From: Phycisphaeraceae bacterium
Lineage (GTDB): Bacteria; Planctomycetota; Phycisphaerae; Phycisphaerales; Phycisphaeraceae
Length of the DNA stretch: 64,000 nucleotides
Direction: 5' to 3'
NCBI GenBank assembly: GCA_040902585.1
Contig: JBBDXA010000231.1
Location: 903-64,902 of the forward strand
Numbering within the stretch: position 1 is the stretch's first letter; each line of letters begins with the position of its first letter. The notes beneath the pieces are model-generated. The model saw only the letters and a list, made by a program, of their open reading frames with translations. It did no database searches and had not been told where the DNA came from. Of this stretch, positions 14,314 through 23,053 are shown one piece after another. Position numbers and translations under genes: made by a program.

Positions 14314-15795
14314 TCAGGTATATGTCACGTACCTCCTTTCTTTCGCTGTCTCAGGAAGGACAGACAAGGCATTCCCCTTCTGTTTCTTCTTCCTGTTCTT
14401 CCTTTGACCCGTTTGATGCGGGTCCTTATGCCGGGGTTGAATCCGGTTTCGGGAAGAAGAGGTGACCGGGATGCCGCCTATAAGGATGACAGCCCGTGAT
14501 GTACTGATCCTGTTTCCGGCGGCGGTTGCGCCCAACCGGTCATAAGGCCCGAAGGGCCGATGACCGTCATGGGCGGTCCCGCCGGTGGCGTCGATCAGGA
14601 CATCGGTGTTGACGCCTTGCCCGGCCACATAGCCGAGCGTTGTGATCTGGTGGAAATAAACGGTCCTGCCGGGGTTCTCTTCGCCGGGTTCGCTGCTGAC
14701 AAGATCTTCATGCCGGCTGCGCAACATCCAGTCAGGCAGACGCTGAAGAAGCTGGCGGCCGTGCTCGACGTTCTCGACCAGGACGGTGACTCCGGCGTCG
14801 TTGAGGGTGTATTTGTCCTGATCAAGCAGAAGGCCGGACCTTCTCAGCGTCGCGATGTCGCCGGACGCTGCCGCGATAGCGACCGAGGCGACGATGTCAT
14901 TGCGGTTGTCGTTGAGCCAGATGCCATCGCGTTTCTTTTCGCAGGCGTTGCCGGCGATCACACTGGGCTTGGTGCGGGGTTCCAGGCGATAGACAGGTGT
15001 TGGGGGTTCGGGATGGGCATGGACCTCGGGGTAGATCACAGGACCGGCCAAGCCTTCAATGATGAGGCCGCGGCGATGAGCAGGGCCGGCGGAGTTGTTA
15101 TGGATCGCATAGACACGAGTCGGCCCTTTGGTGGCCTGACAGATTTGAGTGATGGCGTGCCTGCCGGTGAACTCATGGGCGTTGACGAGGATGATGATCT
15201 CTGCGCCGTCAGGGTTGTAAGACTTGATGGCGGGTAGTGTGCCTACGACGACGCGAGCGGGCCTGTCAGCCTTGCCGGCGCGGAGGCCGATGTATTCATT
15301 CGCGTGATCCGGAAGCGCCCGCCACAAACCGCGTGCGTCATGAGTACGCATGGTGAGGATGAGCACGGCCGCGTTGGAGAACGTCCTGGCGATGTCGGCG
15401 ATCGTCTCGGCGGTCTGGAGACGGGGGACAATGATCTGTCCGCCGGGGTTGGCTTTGATGGCGTGAAAGAGATCGGGATCGACATCCGTGTGGAACGGAT
15501 CGGCGTCGCCGCGAAGGTGATACGGCCACTGCCGCTGGTCGTTGATGGTGACGTTGAAGCCAAGCTCATTGAGGACGGCGGCGGCGCGGGGGACGAGGCC
15601 GGGGCGGATGATGATCCGGTTGTCAATTCTCTTCTCGAAAAGAGAATCTTGCGTGAAGACTTCGCGCACGCCGTACTTGCCGCCGGGCTCAAACTCGCGA
15701 ACAGGAATCGTCAGCGACGACAACAGCGCGGAGTCGGCCGGGACGACGACGGCACCACTGTGATTGATCGTGATGGATGCTTTCTGTTTCTTCAT
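14314..15795 (-). CDS. Hypothetical 493-aa protein, alternating alpha/beta pattern (faintly SF2-helicase-like), no Walker A motif
   Basis: Long clean ORF with no GxxxxGK(S/T). VLVENVEHGRQLLQRLP and TTLGYVAGQGVNTDVLIDATGG resemble a helicase C-lobe only loosely. A paralog fragment lies at 53790-53970. Confidence 0.75.
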   Translation of the reverse strand: MKKQKASITINHSGAVVVPADSALLSSLTIPVREFEPGGKYGVREVFTQDSLFEKRIDNRIIIRPGLVPRAAAVLNELGFNVTINDQRQWPYHLRGDADPFHTDVDPDLFHAIKANPGGQIIVPRLQTAETIADIARTFSNAAVLILTMRTHDARGLWRALPDHANEYIGLRAGKADRPARVVVGTLPAIKSYNPDGAEIIILVNAHEFTGRHAITQICQATKGPTRVYAIHNNSAGPAHRRGLIIEGLAGPVIYPEVHAHPEPPTPVYRLEPRTKPSVIAGNACEKKRDGIWLNDNRNDIVASVAIAAASGDIATLRRSGLLLDQDKYTLNDAGVTVLVENVEHGRQLLQRLPDWMLRSRHEDLVSSEPGEENPGRTVYFHQITTLGYVAGQGVNTDVLIDATGGTAHDGHRPFGPYDRLGATAAGNRISTSRAVILIGGIPVTSSSRNRIQPRHKDPHQTGQRKNRKKKQKGNALSVLPETAKERRYVTYT

Positions 15796-15845
15796 AACGG
15801 CAATCGTGGTGAGCGTTCCTGTGCAAAGTCATTTGCCGCCTTGGG

Positions 15846-16772
15846 CTACGCTTTCCCTCCCGGCTGACGAGAAATCCGCCGGGGTTTACGCTTGCCGACC
15901 TCCGCGCTTTCAGTCTCCTGTTCCTGCTTCGGGCCGCGAAGATTCAGGACCTTCCGAGCGCGTTCAAGGTTCTTAGCGAGGCGATTCTTGACCATGGCGA
16001 TGCCGGATTCCATCGTCTCAACCGACTTGAGTGACTCCGCCATCTTGGAGACCATCGCGTCAGTGAACCGGTCGGGCTCGGCTTCATCGAGTTCATCGAA
16101 CACGGCTTTGACCCAGATCTCGACTTTGTTGCTGACGGAATTGGCGACGCGGGTCATGTCCTCGATGCCGGCGGCGGGAGACGACGGCGTCTTCGGCTTG
16201 CGACCGTTTCGGTGGGCCTTGGGGGCGGGAACGAATTTCTCGGAAATGCGGGCGGCCAGGTCGCGGACGGAGAGCGACTCCTTGAAGATGGCTTCGATGA
16301 GTTTGTTGCGATCACGTTTGCTCCGGACAACAGCCAGCTCAAGAAGATGCCCTCGTGTGATGCGCTCGCCGTTGGCCATCTCGCGATGACCAAGGGCTTT
16401 CATGTCCTCGCGCTTGAAGGTGACGGCGATGGTGCGCAGGGCATACAGACGGCTTTCCGAAACGCCGAGGTATTCGGCCAACTTCTTGACGGCGTTGCTC
16501 CCGTAGGCCACCTCTTCCTCAAGCACCTGAAGAACCAGTTTGCCCTGTTCCCATGTCACCGCAAGCATCGAGACGCTGCCCAGGCCTTCTAGATGGGTAA
16601 GTTTCTTGGCGACCTCTTTAAGGGGCTGGTCCATCTCGTTGAAGGCAGCCTCCCGCGCCGCGAGCACGTTGACGGCGTGCGAGGCGATTTTGTCGTTAAC
16701 AACACTGCCATCGACGACGGCTGCTTCATCGGTGCGAGTTTCAAGTTTGAGTGCGGGCATTGCGGACTCCAT
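15846..16772 (-). CDS. Hypothetical HTH-containing protein (308 aa), ParB/KorB-like HTH region only
   Basis: YGSNAVKKLAEYLGVSESRLYALRTIA and ITRGHLLELAVVRSKRDRNKLIEAIFKESLSVRDLAARI look like HTH segments. No GERRxR ParB box. Basic C-terminal tail. Confidence 0.7.
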   Translation of the reverse strand: MESAMPALKLETRTDEAAVVDGSVVNDKIASHAVNVLAAREAAFNEMDQPLKEVAKKLTHLEGLGSVSMLAVTWEQGKLVLQVLEEEVAYGSNAVKKLAEYLGVSESRLYALRTIAVTFKREDMKALGHREMANGERITRGHLLELAVVRSKRDRNKLIEAIFKESLSVRDLAARISEKFVPAPKAHRNGRKPKTPSSPAAGIEDMTRVANSVSNKVEIWVKAVFDELDEAEPDRFTDAMVSKMAESLKSVETMESGIAMVKNRLAKNLERARKVLNLRGPKQEQETESAEVGKRKPRRISRQPGGKA

Positions 16773-16863
16773 GAAAGGGTGGTCGGTTGTTCAAAAGTCT
16801 TTGGGGAAAGAGAATTTGCGGAGGCAGCTAAAAGCGGACTCCGACTTCCAATGAGATTCGGAT

Positions 16864-17103
16864 TTACTCTGTGCGAACAGGTTGGTGTTTGGCAGGGGCA
16901 ATTGATTCGCGGGCAGAAAGCCACGCGTTGATTTCATCCACCTTGAAGCGAATCGCGGGCCTGGGGCCATCGCTCAAGACCACCGGCTGGATTTCCGATG
17001 CACGCAACCACCGTCGCACCGAACTTGGATCGGCATCCAGCTGCTGCGCCAGCGTTTTCAGTGCGACGAACTGACGTGCGGCTTGTGTTTCGGATTCGTT
17101 CAT
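16864..17103 (-). CDS. AlpA/excisionase-family HTH DNA-binding protein
   Basis: 79 aa. LKTLAQQLDADPSSVRRWLRASEIQPVVL..IRFKVDEINAWL is the typical MerR-like excisionase HTH. Confidence 0.8.
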   Translation of the reverse strand: MNESETQAARQFVALKTLAQQLDADPSSVRRWLRASEIQPVVLSDGPRPAIRFKVDEINAWLSARESIAPAKHQPVRTE

Positions 17104-17223
17104 TGTGAGTGTCTCCGTGAATCAAGCAGTCAGCCTCGAATGCTGACTCTGCTGCAAATACCGATTGTCCAATTCGATCGAGCCGTAGATACAGCGCCAA
17201 TGCAGCGCATATAAAAAACTTGC

Positions 17224-17574
17224 CTAATTCATCCTTTGCGGACGCCGCGACTGCGGAATTCGGTAGCCGACTCTTCGCTTTCCTTCGAGTCCGTAGGGTT
17301 TGAGCTGAGGGAGAATGTGCGTCGTCAACGTGCTCTGTTCGATATAAATGTCTCGTTCGCGAAGTGCTTCAATAATCTGCTTGCCGGTCAGTCCCCGATG
17401 TGCCGGCACGCTGAGAAGTAGCTCATAAACGGTGGCGGCCCTTTGACTGAGCATGGGGAGATCCGCGGCGACACCGGGAGATTGTTCTCTGCCCTCTGCG
17501 GTCGGCTCAGCGGCCAAGTCGCTCTCCACTTTCGTCTCGGTTGTTGATCGTGACTCAGAATTGCGCTGGGGCAT
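17224..17574 (-). CDS. Winged-helix DNA-binding protein (116 aa)
   Basis: ORF 17224..17799 trimmed to MPQRNSE, 1 nt after the upstream stop. VYELLLSVPAHRGLTGKQIIEALRERDIYIEQSTLTTHILPQLKPYGL. Confidence 0.65.
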   Translation of the reverse strand: MPQRNSESRSTTETKVESDLAAEPTAEGREQSPGVAADLPMLSQRAATVYELLLSVPAHRGLTGKQIIEALRERDIYIEQSTLTTHILPQLKPYGLEGKRRVGYRIPQSRRPQRMN

Positions 17575-17575
17575 G

Positions 17576-17911
17576 TTATATGCCCTCCTTCGCAACACGC
17601 GCACTCGCCGCAGCAATCGCGCCATCACGCTGCGAGGCAGTGCGGGAGCGGGGAGCCTCCATCGCAGTCGTCGACGCCCCCTCGGCGAAATGTTCCTGAT
17701 CTGCCGAGGCGACCGCTTCAAAAAAATGAAAGTGGTCGTCTTCTGTGGTAAGCAGCTTGCCTCCGACGCGATACAGCTTGAGGTGAACGCGGCGACCACC
17801 GCGAGTCTTCAGACCCTTGCGGCCCCAGCGCCACAAAGCATTTGGACTTGGACACGGCGCAGGACACAACCGTGCCGCGCATGAAAGTTTGATGAGTTTT
17901 GTAGGGGTCAC
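17576..17911 (-). CDS. DUF1580-like HTH protein
   Basis: LIKLSCAARLCPAPCPSPNALWRWGRKGLKTRGGRRVHLKLYRVGGKLLTTEDDHFHFFE matches my recollection of the planctomycete DUF1580 pattern (xSxxTxWRW..G..L......GG...T). Proposed GTG start at 17911; start uncertain. Confidence 0.55.
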   Translation of the reverse strand: MTPTKLIKLSCAARLCPAPCPSPNALWRWGRKGLKTRGGRRVHLKLYRVGGKLLTTEDDHFHFFEAVASADQEHFAEGASTTAMEAPRSRTASQRDGAIAAASARVAKEGI

Positions 17912-18651
17912 TGAACTGCTCAGTGAGCCGCGCGAGATGGCAACATCAATAAAAAAACCCGGCACATCACTCGCGCAGCCGAACCGTAAGGCGTCAGTTC
18001 CACGGGGTTCGGCTCGCGGGATGTCCGGCCGCGAACAAGGCTTGAACTGATCTACTGCTGTAAGGATAGCGAAGGGACCAAGACAGTTCAACAGGTTTCA
18101 GCTTTTTCAATCACACCTTTTGGTTGTGATTCTCTCAAACCATCAACCGACCCTGCGAATGGCTTCGATGGCTTTGGCAATATTGGGTTCGGTGTAAACC
18201 TGAGTGGGCTTCAACGAACAACAGTAGGCTGACCGTCATCGCGGGCGTGCTAGACAACACCACCGCCGCCCGAATCGCTTGGCCATGATCAGCGGCCTTC
18301 CCGAAAGATCCTAGCCTGATTTCTTGAGATGGGAACTGACACGATTACACCGGAACGACCTGCAATGCAGCCATGTTGCTTGACCCGAATGTTGACCCTT
18401 ATTCGGGCAGTTTTCAGGCCAAAATCATCAATAATTCGGGTCAGCCGAATTCTCCGAAGTCACGCTCATTCCATTGCGCCGCCAACGGTTAAAGACATAC
18501 GATGAACTGACGCAGTCGCCCCGGTCGAGACCCTTTTTTCATTTGCAGGCCGTGCAAACGTTCATATCATCATATTTTTAAGCTAGTTGCGCGCCCAGTT
18601 GACAGGGAGGGGTATAAGCGGGTCTTTCGTTCAGCCCTTAAACACAGGGCT

Positions 18652-19683
18652 TTACGTATTGATGCGCAAAGGCATGCGATCTGGTTTGGGGAGCGCGATG
18701 AGGCGGTCTTCCGCTTCCTCCACGTTAATCACCCCCTGCGCGCAAGCGCGTAGGATTTGCTGAGCCGATTCCTGCTCCAGGACCTGATCGATCCGCCGCG
18801 CGATCCTGGCGCGCAGGCGACGAGCCAGGGCCTGCGCAGCGTCTTCGTGCCGTCCGTGTTCGGGTCTCTGCCGCGCGGCGAGCGTTTCGAGCGTGTGCCA
18901 CAGGCGATCGATGCCTTCGCCGCCGCGGGCGCTGAGCTGGAGAAACTCGGGGCCGGCGGTGCCGTCATGGGAGGGCGCATTCAGCGCGATGGCGGCGCGG
19001 ATGGTCGCGGCGGTGCGCGGGGTGCCGGGCAGGTCGGCCTTGTTAAGCACGATCATGTCGGCCCACTCGGCGATGCCGGCTTTGTCCCACTGCACGTCAT
19101 CGCCGGTCTCCGGCGATGACACGAGTACAAGCAGCCGGCACAGGCTGCGTGCGGCTATCTGGTCCTGGCCCGTGCCGATCGATTCCAGGAGGATCACGTC
19201 GAAGCCGAAGCGATCGAGAAGTTCGATCACATCGGCCGCCGCGCCGGCCACGCCGCCGCTGCTGTCGTCACCCGGGCGCGTGGAGATGCTGCGGATGAAG
19301 GGCGGGTCCGCGGCGCTGTTGGAGTCATCCGTCTGCATGCGCACGCGGTCGCCCAGCAGCGCCCCGCCGGTGCGCGCGCTGGAAGGATCGCACGCCAGCA
19401 CCGCGATGCGCTTGCCTATGTCGAGCACGTGGCGCAAGAGCGCGCCGATGAGCGTGCTCTTGCCCGCGCCGGCCGCGCCGGTGATGCCGATCGTGAGGGC
19501 GGGCGAGGTTGCCGGCGGAAGCTGCGCGAAGATCGCCGCCGCGTCCTGGCCTTCATCGATGCGGCTGATGAGGCGCGCCAAGGCGCGACGGTCGCGCCGC
19601 TGGAATGCCCGCGCGAGTGCGTCAGGTGCGCCGCGGGCGTCCATCGCCTCGGAGGCGTCAAGTTGAGCCGGTGTGTTCCTCAT
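18652..19683 (-). CDS. meaB: Methylmalonyl-CoA mutase-associated G3E GTPase (MeaB/ArgK)
   Basis: GITGAAGAGKSTL P-loop, LLESIGTGQ, VLNKAD. Overlaps the upstream B12-domain gene by 26 nt. Confidence 0.9.
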   Translation of the reverse strand: MRNTPAQLDASEAMDARGAPDALARAFQRRDRRALARLISRIDEGQDAAAIFAQLPPATSPALTIGITGAAGAGKSTLIGALLRHVLDIGKRIAVLACDPSSARTGGALLGDRVRMQTDDSNSAADPPFIRSISTRPGDDSSGGVAGAAADVIELLDRFGFDVILLESIGTGQDQIAARSLCRLLVLVSSPETGDDVQWDKAGIAEWADMIVLNKADLPGTPRTAATIRAAIALNAPSHDGTAGPEFLQLSARGGEGIDRLWHTLETLAARQRPEHGRHEDAAQALARRLRARIARRIDQVLEQESAQQILRACAQGVINVEEAEDRLIALPKPDRMPLRINT

Positions 19684-20089
19684 GACTGGCTCGGGTTTGC
19701 GCCAAGTCCGTGACGCGCTGAATGATTTCCTGCGCCGGTGTGCCGGGGCCGAAGACTGCCGCGACGCCCATGCGGTTCAGCTGGGGCACATCATCGTCCG
19801 GTATGCTCCCGCCGAGGATCAAGGGGATATCGTCGCAGCCCTCGGCCTTCATCGCCTCCAGCAACTTGGGCAGCAACGTCATGTGCGCGCCCGAAAGCAG
19901 GCTGACGCCGATGACGTCGGCATCCTCCTCCAGCGCGATGCGGGCGACGCCGCCGGGCGTGGGCCACAGGCCCGTGTAGATCACCTCCATGCCCGCGTCG
20001 CGCAGAATGCGGGCCACCACGCGGATGCCGCGGTCATGCCCATCCAACCCGAGCTTGGCCAGCACAACACGGATGCGATACTGTCTCAT
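19658..20089 (-). CDS. Acyl-CoA mutase cobalamin-binding small subunit
   Basis: Trimmed to MRQYRIRVV (AAGGAG SD upstream). LGLDGHDRG contains the DxHxxG B12 motif. Confidence 0.88.
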   Translation of the reverse strand: MRQYRIRVVLAKLGLDGHDRGIRVVARILRDAGMEVIYTGLWPTPGGVARIALEEDADVIGVSLLSGAHMTLLPKLLEAMKAEGCDDIPLILGGSIPDDDVPQLNRMGVAAVFGPGTPAQEIIQRVTDLAQTRASHEEHTGST

Positions 20090-20136
20090 GGGATCACTCC
20101 TTTCGCTTTCGTGGTGTCTCATACACCACGCAATGG

Positions 20137-21774
20137 TCACCAACCGCTACGGGCCCGGAAAGCGCCGAACACCTCGCGCATCGCGCCCATTGCCTCGCCG
20201 ACCGTCACGCGCCGGTGGGCCGCCTCCAGCAGGATCGGCATCAGGTTGTTGCCCGCGCGGGCGGCCTCGCCGATCGCGTCCAGCGATTGTTTCACCTGTT
20301 TCGCGTCGCGCCGGGCGCGCAACCGTTCGAGCCGGGCGACCTGCTGCGACTCCACGTGCGGCTCCACGCGGTGCAGTTCGATCGGCGGCTCATGTTCCTC
20401 TACGAACGCGTTGACGCCGACCACGAGCCGCTCGCCTCCATCCACCTCGCGCTGGTATCGGGCCGAAGCCTCGGCGATCCGCGCGCGGAAGTAGCCCGCC
20501 TCGATCGCGGGCTCCATGCCGCCGACCTCGCCGATCTCGCGGAAGATCGCCTCCGCTTCCGCTTCCAGCTCGTTCGTCAGCGACTCCACGAGATAGCTGC
20601 CGCCCAGCGGGTCGGCCGAGCGCGCCACGCCTGTCTCGTGCGCCAGCACCTGCTGCGTGCGCAGCGCCAGCGTCGCGGCGTGTTCGCTCGGCAGCGCGAG
20701 CGTCTCGTCCATGCTGTTGGTGTGCAGCGACTGGCAACCGCCCAGCACCGCCGCCATTGCCTGGTACGCCACACGGATCAGGTTCACCTGTGGCTGCTGG
20801 GCCTGCAACGAACAACCGGCGGTCTGCGCGTGGAACCGCAACTTGCAGGAGCGATCGTCCTTGGTGCCGTAGCGATCCCGCATGTGCCTGGCCCAGATGC
20901 GCCGGGCCGCGCGATACTTGGCGATTTCCTCGAAGAACTCATTGTGCGCGTTGAAGAAGAACGACAGGCGCGGCGCGAAGGCATCGACCTCAAGCCCGCG
21001 CTTGAGCGTCTCCTGGACATAATGAAATCCGTCCGCCAGCGTGTACGCCAACTCCTGCCCCGCGGTCGAGCCAGCCTCGCGGATGTGGTAACCGGAGATC
21101 GACACCGGGTTCCACTGCGGCACATAACGGGCGCAGTACTCGATCACGTCGACCACGAGCCCGACCGATGGCACCGGCGGGAAGACGAACTCGTTTTGAG
21201 CGTGAAACTCCTTGAGGATGTCGTTCTGGATCGTGCCGCGAAGATCTTCGAAGGCGACACCCTGTTCCTGCGCCACGGCCAGGTAATACGCCATGAGGAT
21301 CGCGGCCGGCGCATTGATCGTCATCGACGTCGATACGTTTGCCAGGTCGATGCCTTCGAAGAGGTCGAGCATGTCGTCGAGCGAGTCGATTGCGACGCCG
21401 AGCCGACCGACCTCGCCGGCGCTACGGGGGTCGTCGGAATCCAGGCCCATGAGCGTGGGCATGTCGAAGGCGACGGAAAGACCAGTCTGGCCTTTGTGAA
21501 GGAGGAAGTGAAACCGCTGGTTGGTCTGTCCCGCCGAGCCGAAGCCGGCAAACTGGCGCATGGTCCAGAACCGGCCGCGATACATCGATTCGTGAACGCC
21601 GCGGGTAAATGGGAATGTGCCGGGCGCGCCAACCTGACGGTCCGCGTCAAGTCCGTTCAGGTGTGCCGCCGTATAGGCCGTTGCCAGCCGCCGGCCGCTG
21701 ATGGTGGTGTCGCCCGCGCCGGTGGGTGCCGGCTTTCGGTTCGCATCCGTCGGGATGGTTCCGTGAGAGGTCAT
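20137..21774 (-). CDS. Methylmalonyl-CoA mutase family catalytic (large) subunit
   Basis: FPFTRGVHESMYRGRFWTMRQFAGFG and GLSVAFDMPTLMGLDSD are typical mutase barrel motifs. Substrate specificity is not assignable. Confidence 0.92.
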   Translation of the reverse strand: MTSHGTIPTDANRKPAPTGAGDTTISGRRLATAYTAAHLNGLDADRQVGAPGTFPFTRGVHESMYRGRFWTMRQFAGFGSAGQTNQRFHFLLHKGQTGLSVAFDMPTLMGLDSDDPRSAGEVGRLGVAIDSLDDMLDLFEGIDLANVSTSMTINAPAAILMAYYLAVAQEQGVAFEDLRGTIQNDILKEFHAQNEFVFPPVPSVGLVVDVIEYCARYVPQWNPVSISGYHIREAGSTAGQELAYTLADGFHYVQETLKRGLEVDAFAPRLSFFFNAHNEFFEEIAKYRAARRIWARHMRDRYGTKDDRSCKLRFHAQTAGCSLQAQQPQVNLIRVAYQAMAAVLGGCQSLHTNSMDETLALPSEHAATLALRTQQVLAHETGVARSADPLGGSYLVESLTNELEAEAEAIFREIGEVGGMEPAIEAGYFRARIAEASARYQREVDGGERLVVGVNAFVEEHEPPIELHRVEPHVESQQVARLERLRARRDAKQVKQSLDAIGEAARAGNNLMPILLEAAHRRVTVGEAMGAMREVFGAFRARSGW

Positions 21775-21793
21775 GCTCGTTCTCTCTGTGTCG

Positions 21794-22981
21794 TCAGTCG
21801 TTGTCCTCCCGCTGGACGATCATGGCCACGGCATTACCGCCGCCCAGGCAAAGCGTCGCGAGTCCGCGCCTTGCATCGCGTTGCCGCATCGCATGAAGCA
21901 GCGTAACGAGAACCCGCGCTCCGCTGGCGCCGATCGGATGTCCCAGCGCGATCGCGCCGCCGTGGACATTGACCTTCTCGTGCGGCAGCTCCAGTCCCCG
22001 CAGGCACGCCAGCATTTGTGATGCGAACGCTTCGTTGATTTCGAAGAGATCGATCTCCTGTAGGTTGAGTCGCGCCTTTTCGAGCACACGGCGCACCGCG
22101 TCGATGGGGGCAAAGAACAAATCGCTCGGCTCGACGCCGGCGGTCGCGGACGCGACGATCCGCGCCAGCGGCTTTCGATCCAGCTTGCGAGCATACGCGG
22201 CCGAGGTGACGACCAGCGCCGCCGCGCCGTCGCTGAGCAGCGACGCATTGCCCGCTGTCACCGTGCCGTCACTCTGAAACACCGGCTTGAGCGTGGCGAG
22301 TTTTGCTTCCGTCGTGTCCCGCCGCGGGCCTTCATCGGTCGTAACCAACTCCCCGTTCCCGCTGACTGAGACAGGCACCACTTCGTCGGCGAACGCGCCG
22401 GAGTCGATCGCGGCGGCGGCGCGCCTTTGACTTTCGGCGGCATAGGCGTCCTGCTCCGGGCGAGTTACCTCGGCCTTTCGCGCCGTGTACTCGGCATGAA
22501 CCCCCATATGGCAGTCTCCAAAAGCACAGACGAGGCCGTCGTGAAGCATCGCGTCCACGACCTGCTGGTCCCCCAGTTTCCACCCCTGGCGCACACCCCT
22601 GAGCAGGTGCGGCGCGCGAGACATGCTCTCCATGCCGCCCGCGACAACGACGGTTGCTTCGCCCGCCCGCACGGCCTGCGCGGCCAGCATCACCGCTTCA
22701 AGCCCCGAGCCGCAGACTTTGTTGACCGTCAACGCCGAAACAGTTGGCGGCAGTCCGGCCGCCAGCGCCGCTTGCCGCGCGGGTGCCTGGCCGACGCCCG
22801 CCTGAAGCACGTTGCCCATGATGACATCATCCACCGCGCCCGCGTCAACGCCGGCGCGACGAAGCGCGGCACCGATCACATCCGCGCCGAGTTGCGGGGC
22901 TGTTTGCGATGACAAACTCCCCAATAATTTTCCAATGGGTGTGCGACAGGCCGACAGGATGACGGCTGCTTCCTTAGGCAC
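21794..22981 (-). CDS. Acetyl-CoA C-acetyltransferase (thiolase II)
   Basis: GTG start. [16 protein letters not shown] (active-site Cys), [10 protein letters not shown]. Confidence 0.92.
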   Translation of the reverse strand: MPKEAAVILSACRTPIGKLLGSLSSQTAPQLGADVIGAALRRAGVDAGAVDDVIMGNVLQAGVGQAPARQAALAAGLPPTVSALTVNKVCGSGLEAVMLAAQAVRAGEATVVVAGGMESMSRAPHLLRGVRQGWKLGDQQVVDAMLHDGLVCAFGDCHMGVHAEYTARKAEVTRPEQDAYAAESQRRAAAAIDSGAFADEVVPVSVSGNGELVTTDEGPRRDTTEAKLATLKPVFQSDGTVTAGNASLLSDGAAALVVTSAAYARKLDRKPLARIVASATAGVEPSDLFFAPIDAVRRVLEKARLNLQEIDLFEINEAFASQMLACLRGLELPHEKVNVHGGAIALGHPIGASGARVLVTLLHAMRQRDARRGLATLCLGGGNAVAMIVQREDND

Positions 22982-23002
22982 TTTTCATCCGCCTTTCCAA
23001 TA

Positions 23003-23041
23003 ATTCTAGGCGTCATCTCCGAGAGTTCTCGGCCCTAGAAT
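23003..23041. promoter_or_regulatory. 8-bp perfect inverted repeat ATTCTAGG-N23-CCTAGAAT in the divergent thiolase/MBL promoter gap
   Basis: Read from the sequence. It occupies most of the 72-nt gap. Confidence 0.3.
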
Positions 23042-23053
23042 GACCTGCGAGGC

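Larger units (their letters stand above)
10335..18131 (-). mobile_element. Accessory island carrying the RT cassette (boundaries approximate; no integrase or att repeats identified)
   Basis: Nine co-directional genes unrelated to the flanking metabolism. DUF1580-like, AlpA-like and wHTH genes are typical of integrated elements. AT-rich palindromic flanks. Looks less GC-rich by eye. Confidence 0.45.

Noticed and set aside
12743-14566. Diversity-generating retroelement (target gene with a 3' variable repeat, intergenic template repeat, then RT).
   Set aside because: The gene order superficially fits. However, the RT has the group-II-type QGSSLSP motif rather than the DGR-type (I/V/L)GxxxSQ. 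I also could not find a 100-nt-scale repeat pair between the 3' end of the 493-aa ORF and the RT leader; only 7-nt motifs are shared.
17912-18651. tRNA or tmRNA gene as the integration target at the island's right end.
   Set aside because: No GGTTCGAATCC-type T-arm or cloverleaf could be assembled by eye. GGTTCGGCT at 18006 is simply one arm of a hairpin. This needs a proper tRNA scan to be definitive.
20215-21906. Very long ORFs antisense to obvious enzyme genes. Examples: 20215..21906 (+), 23939..24892 (+), 25474..26691 (+), 38601..39758 (-), 43957..45483 (-), 46254..48251 (+), 48248..50266 (+), 54719..55798 (+), 59207..60259 (+), 61559..62581 (+).
   Set aside because: Their translations are Arg/Ala/Gly/His-rich and low in complexity, with no motifs. 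Each lies exactly opposite a gene with clear family signatures. These are the typical shadow ORFs of high-GC DNA.
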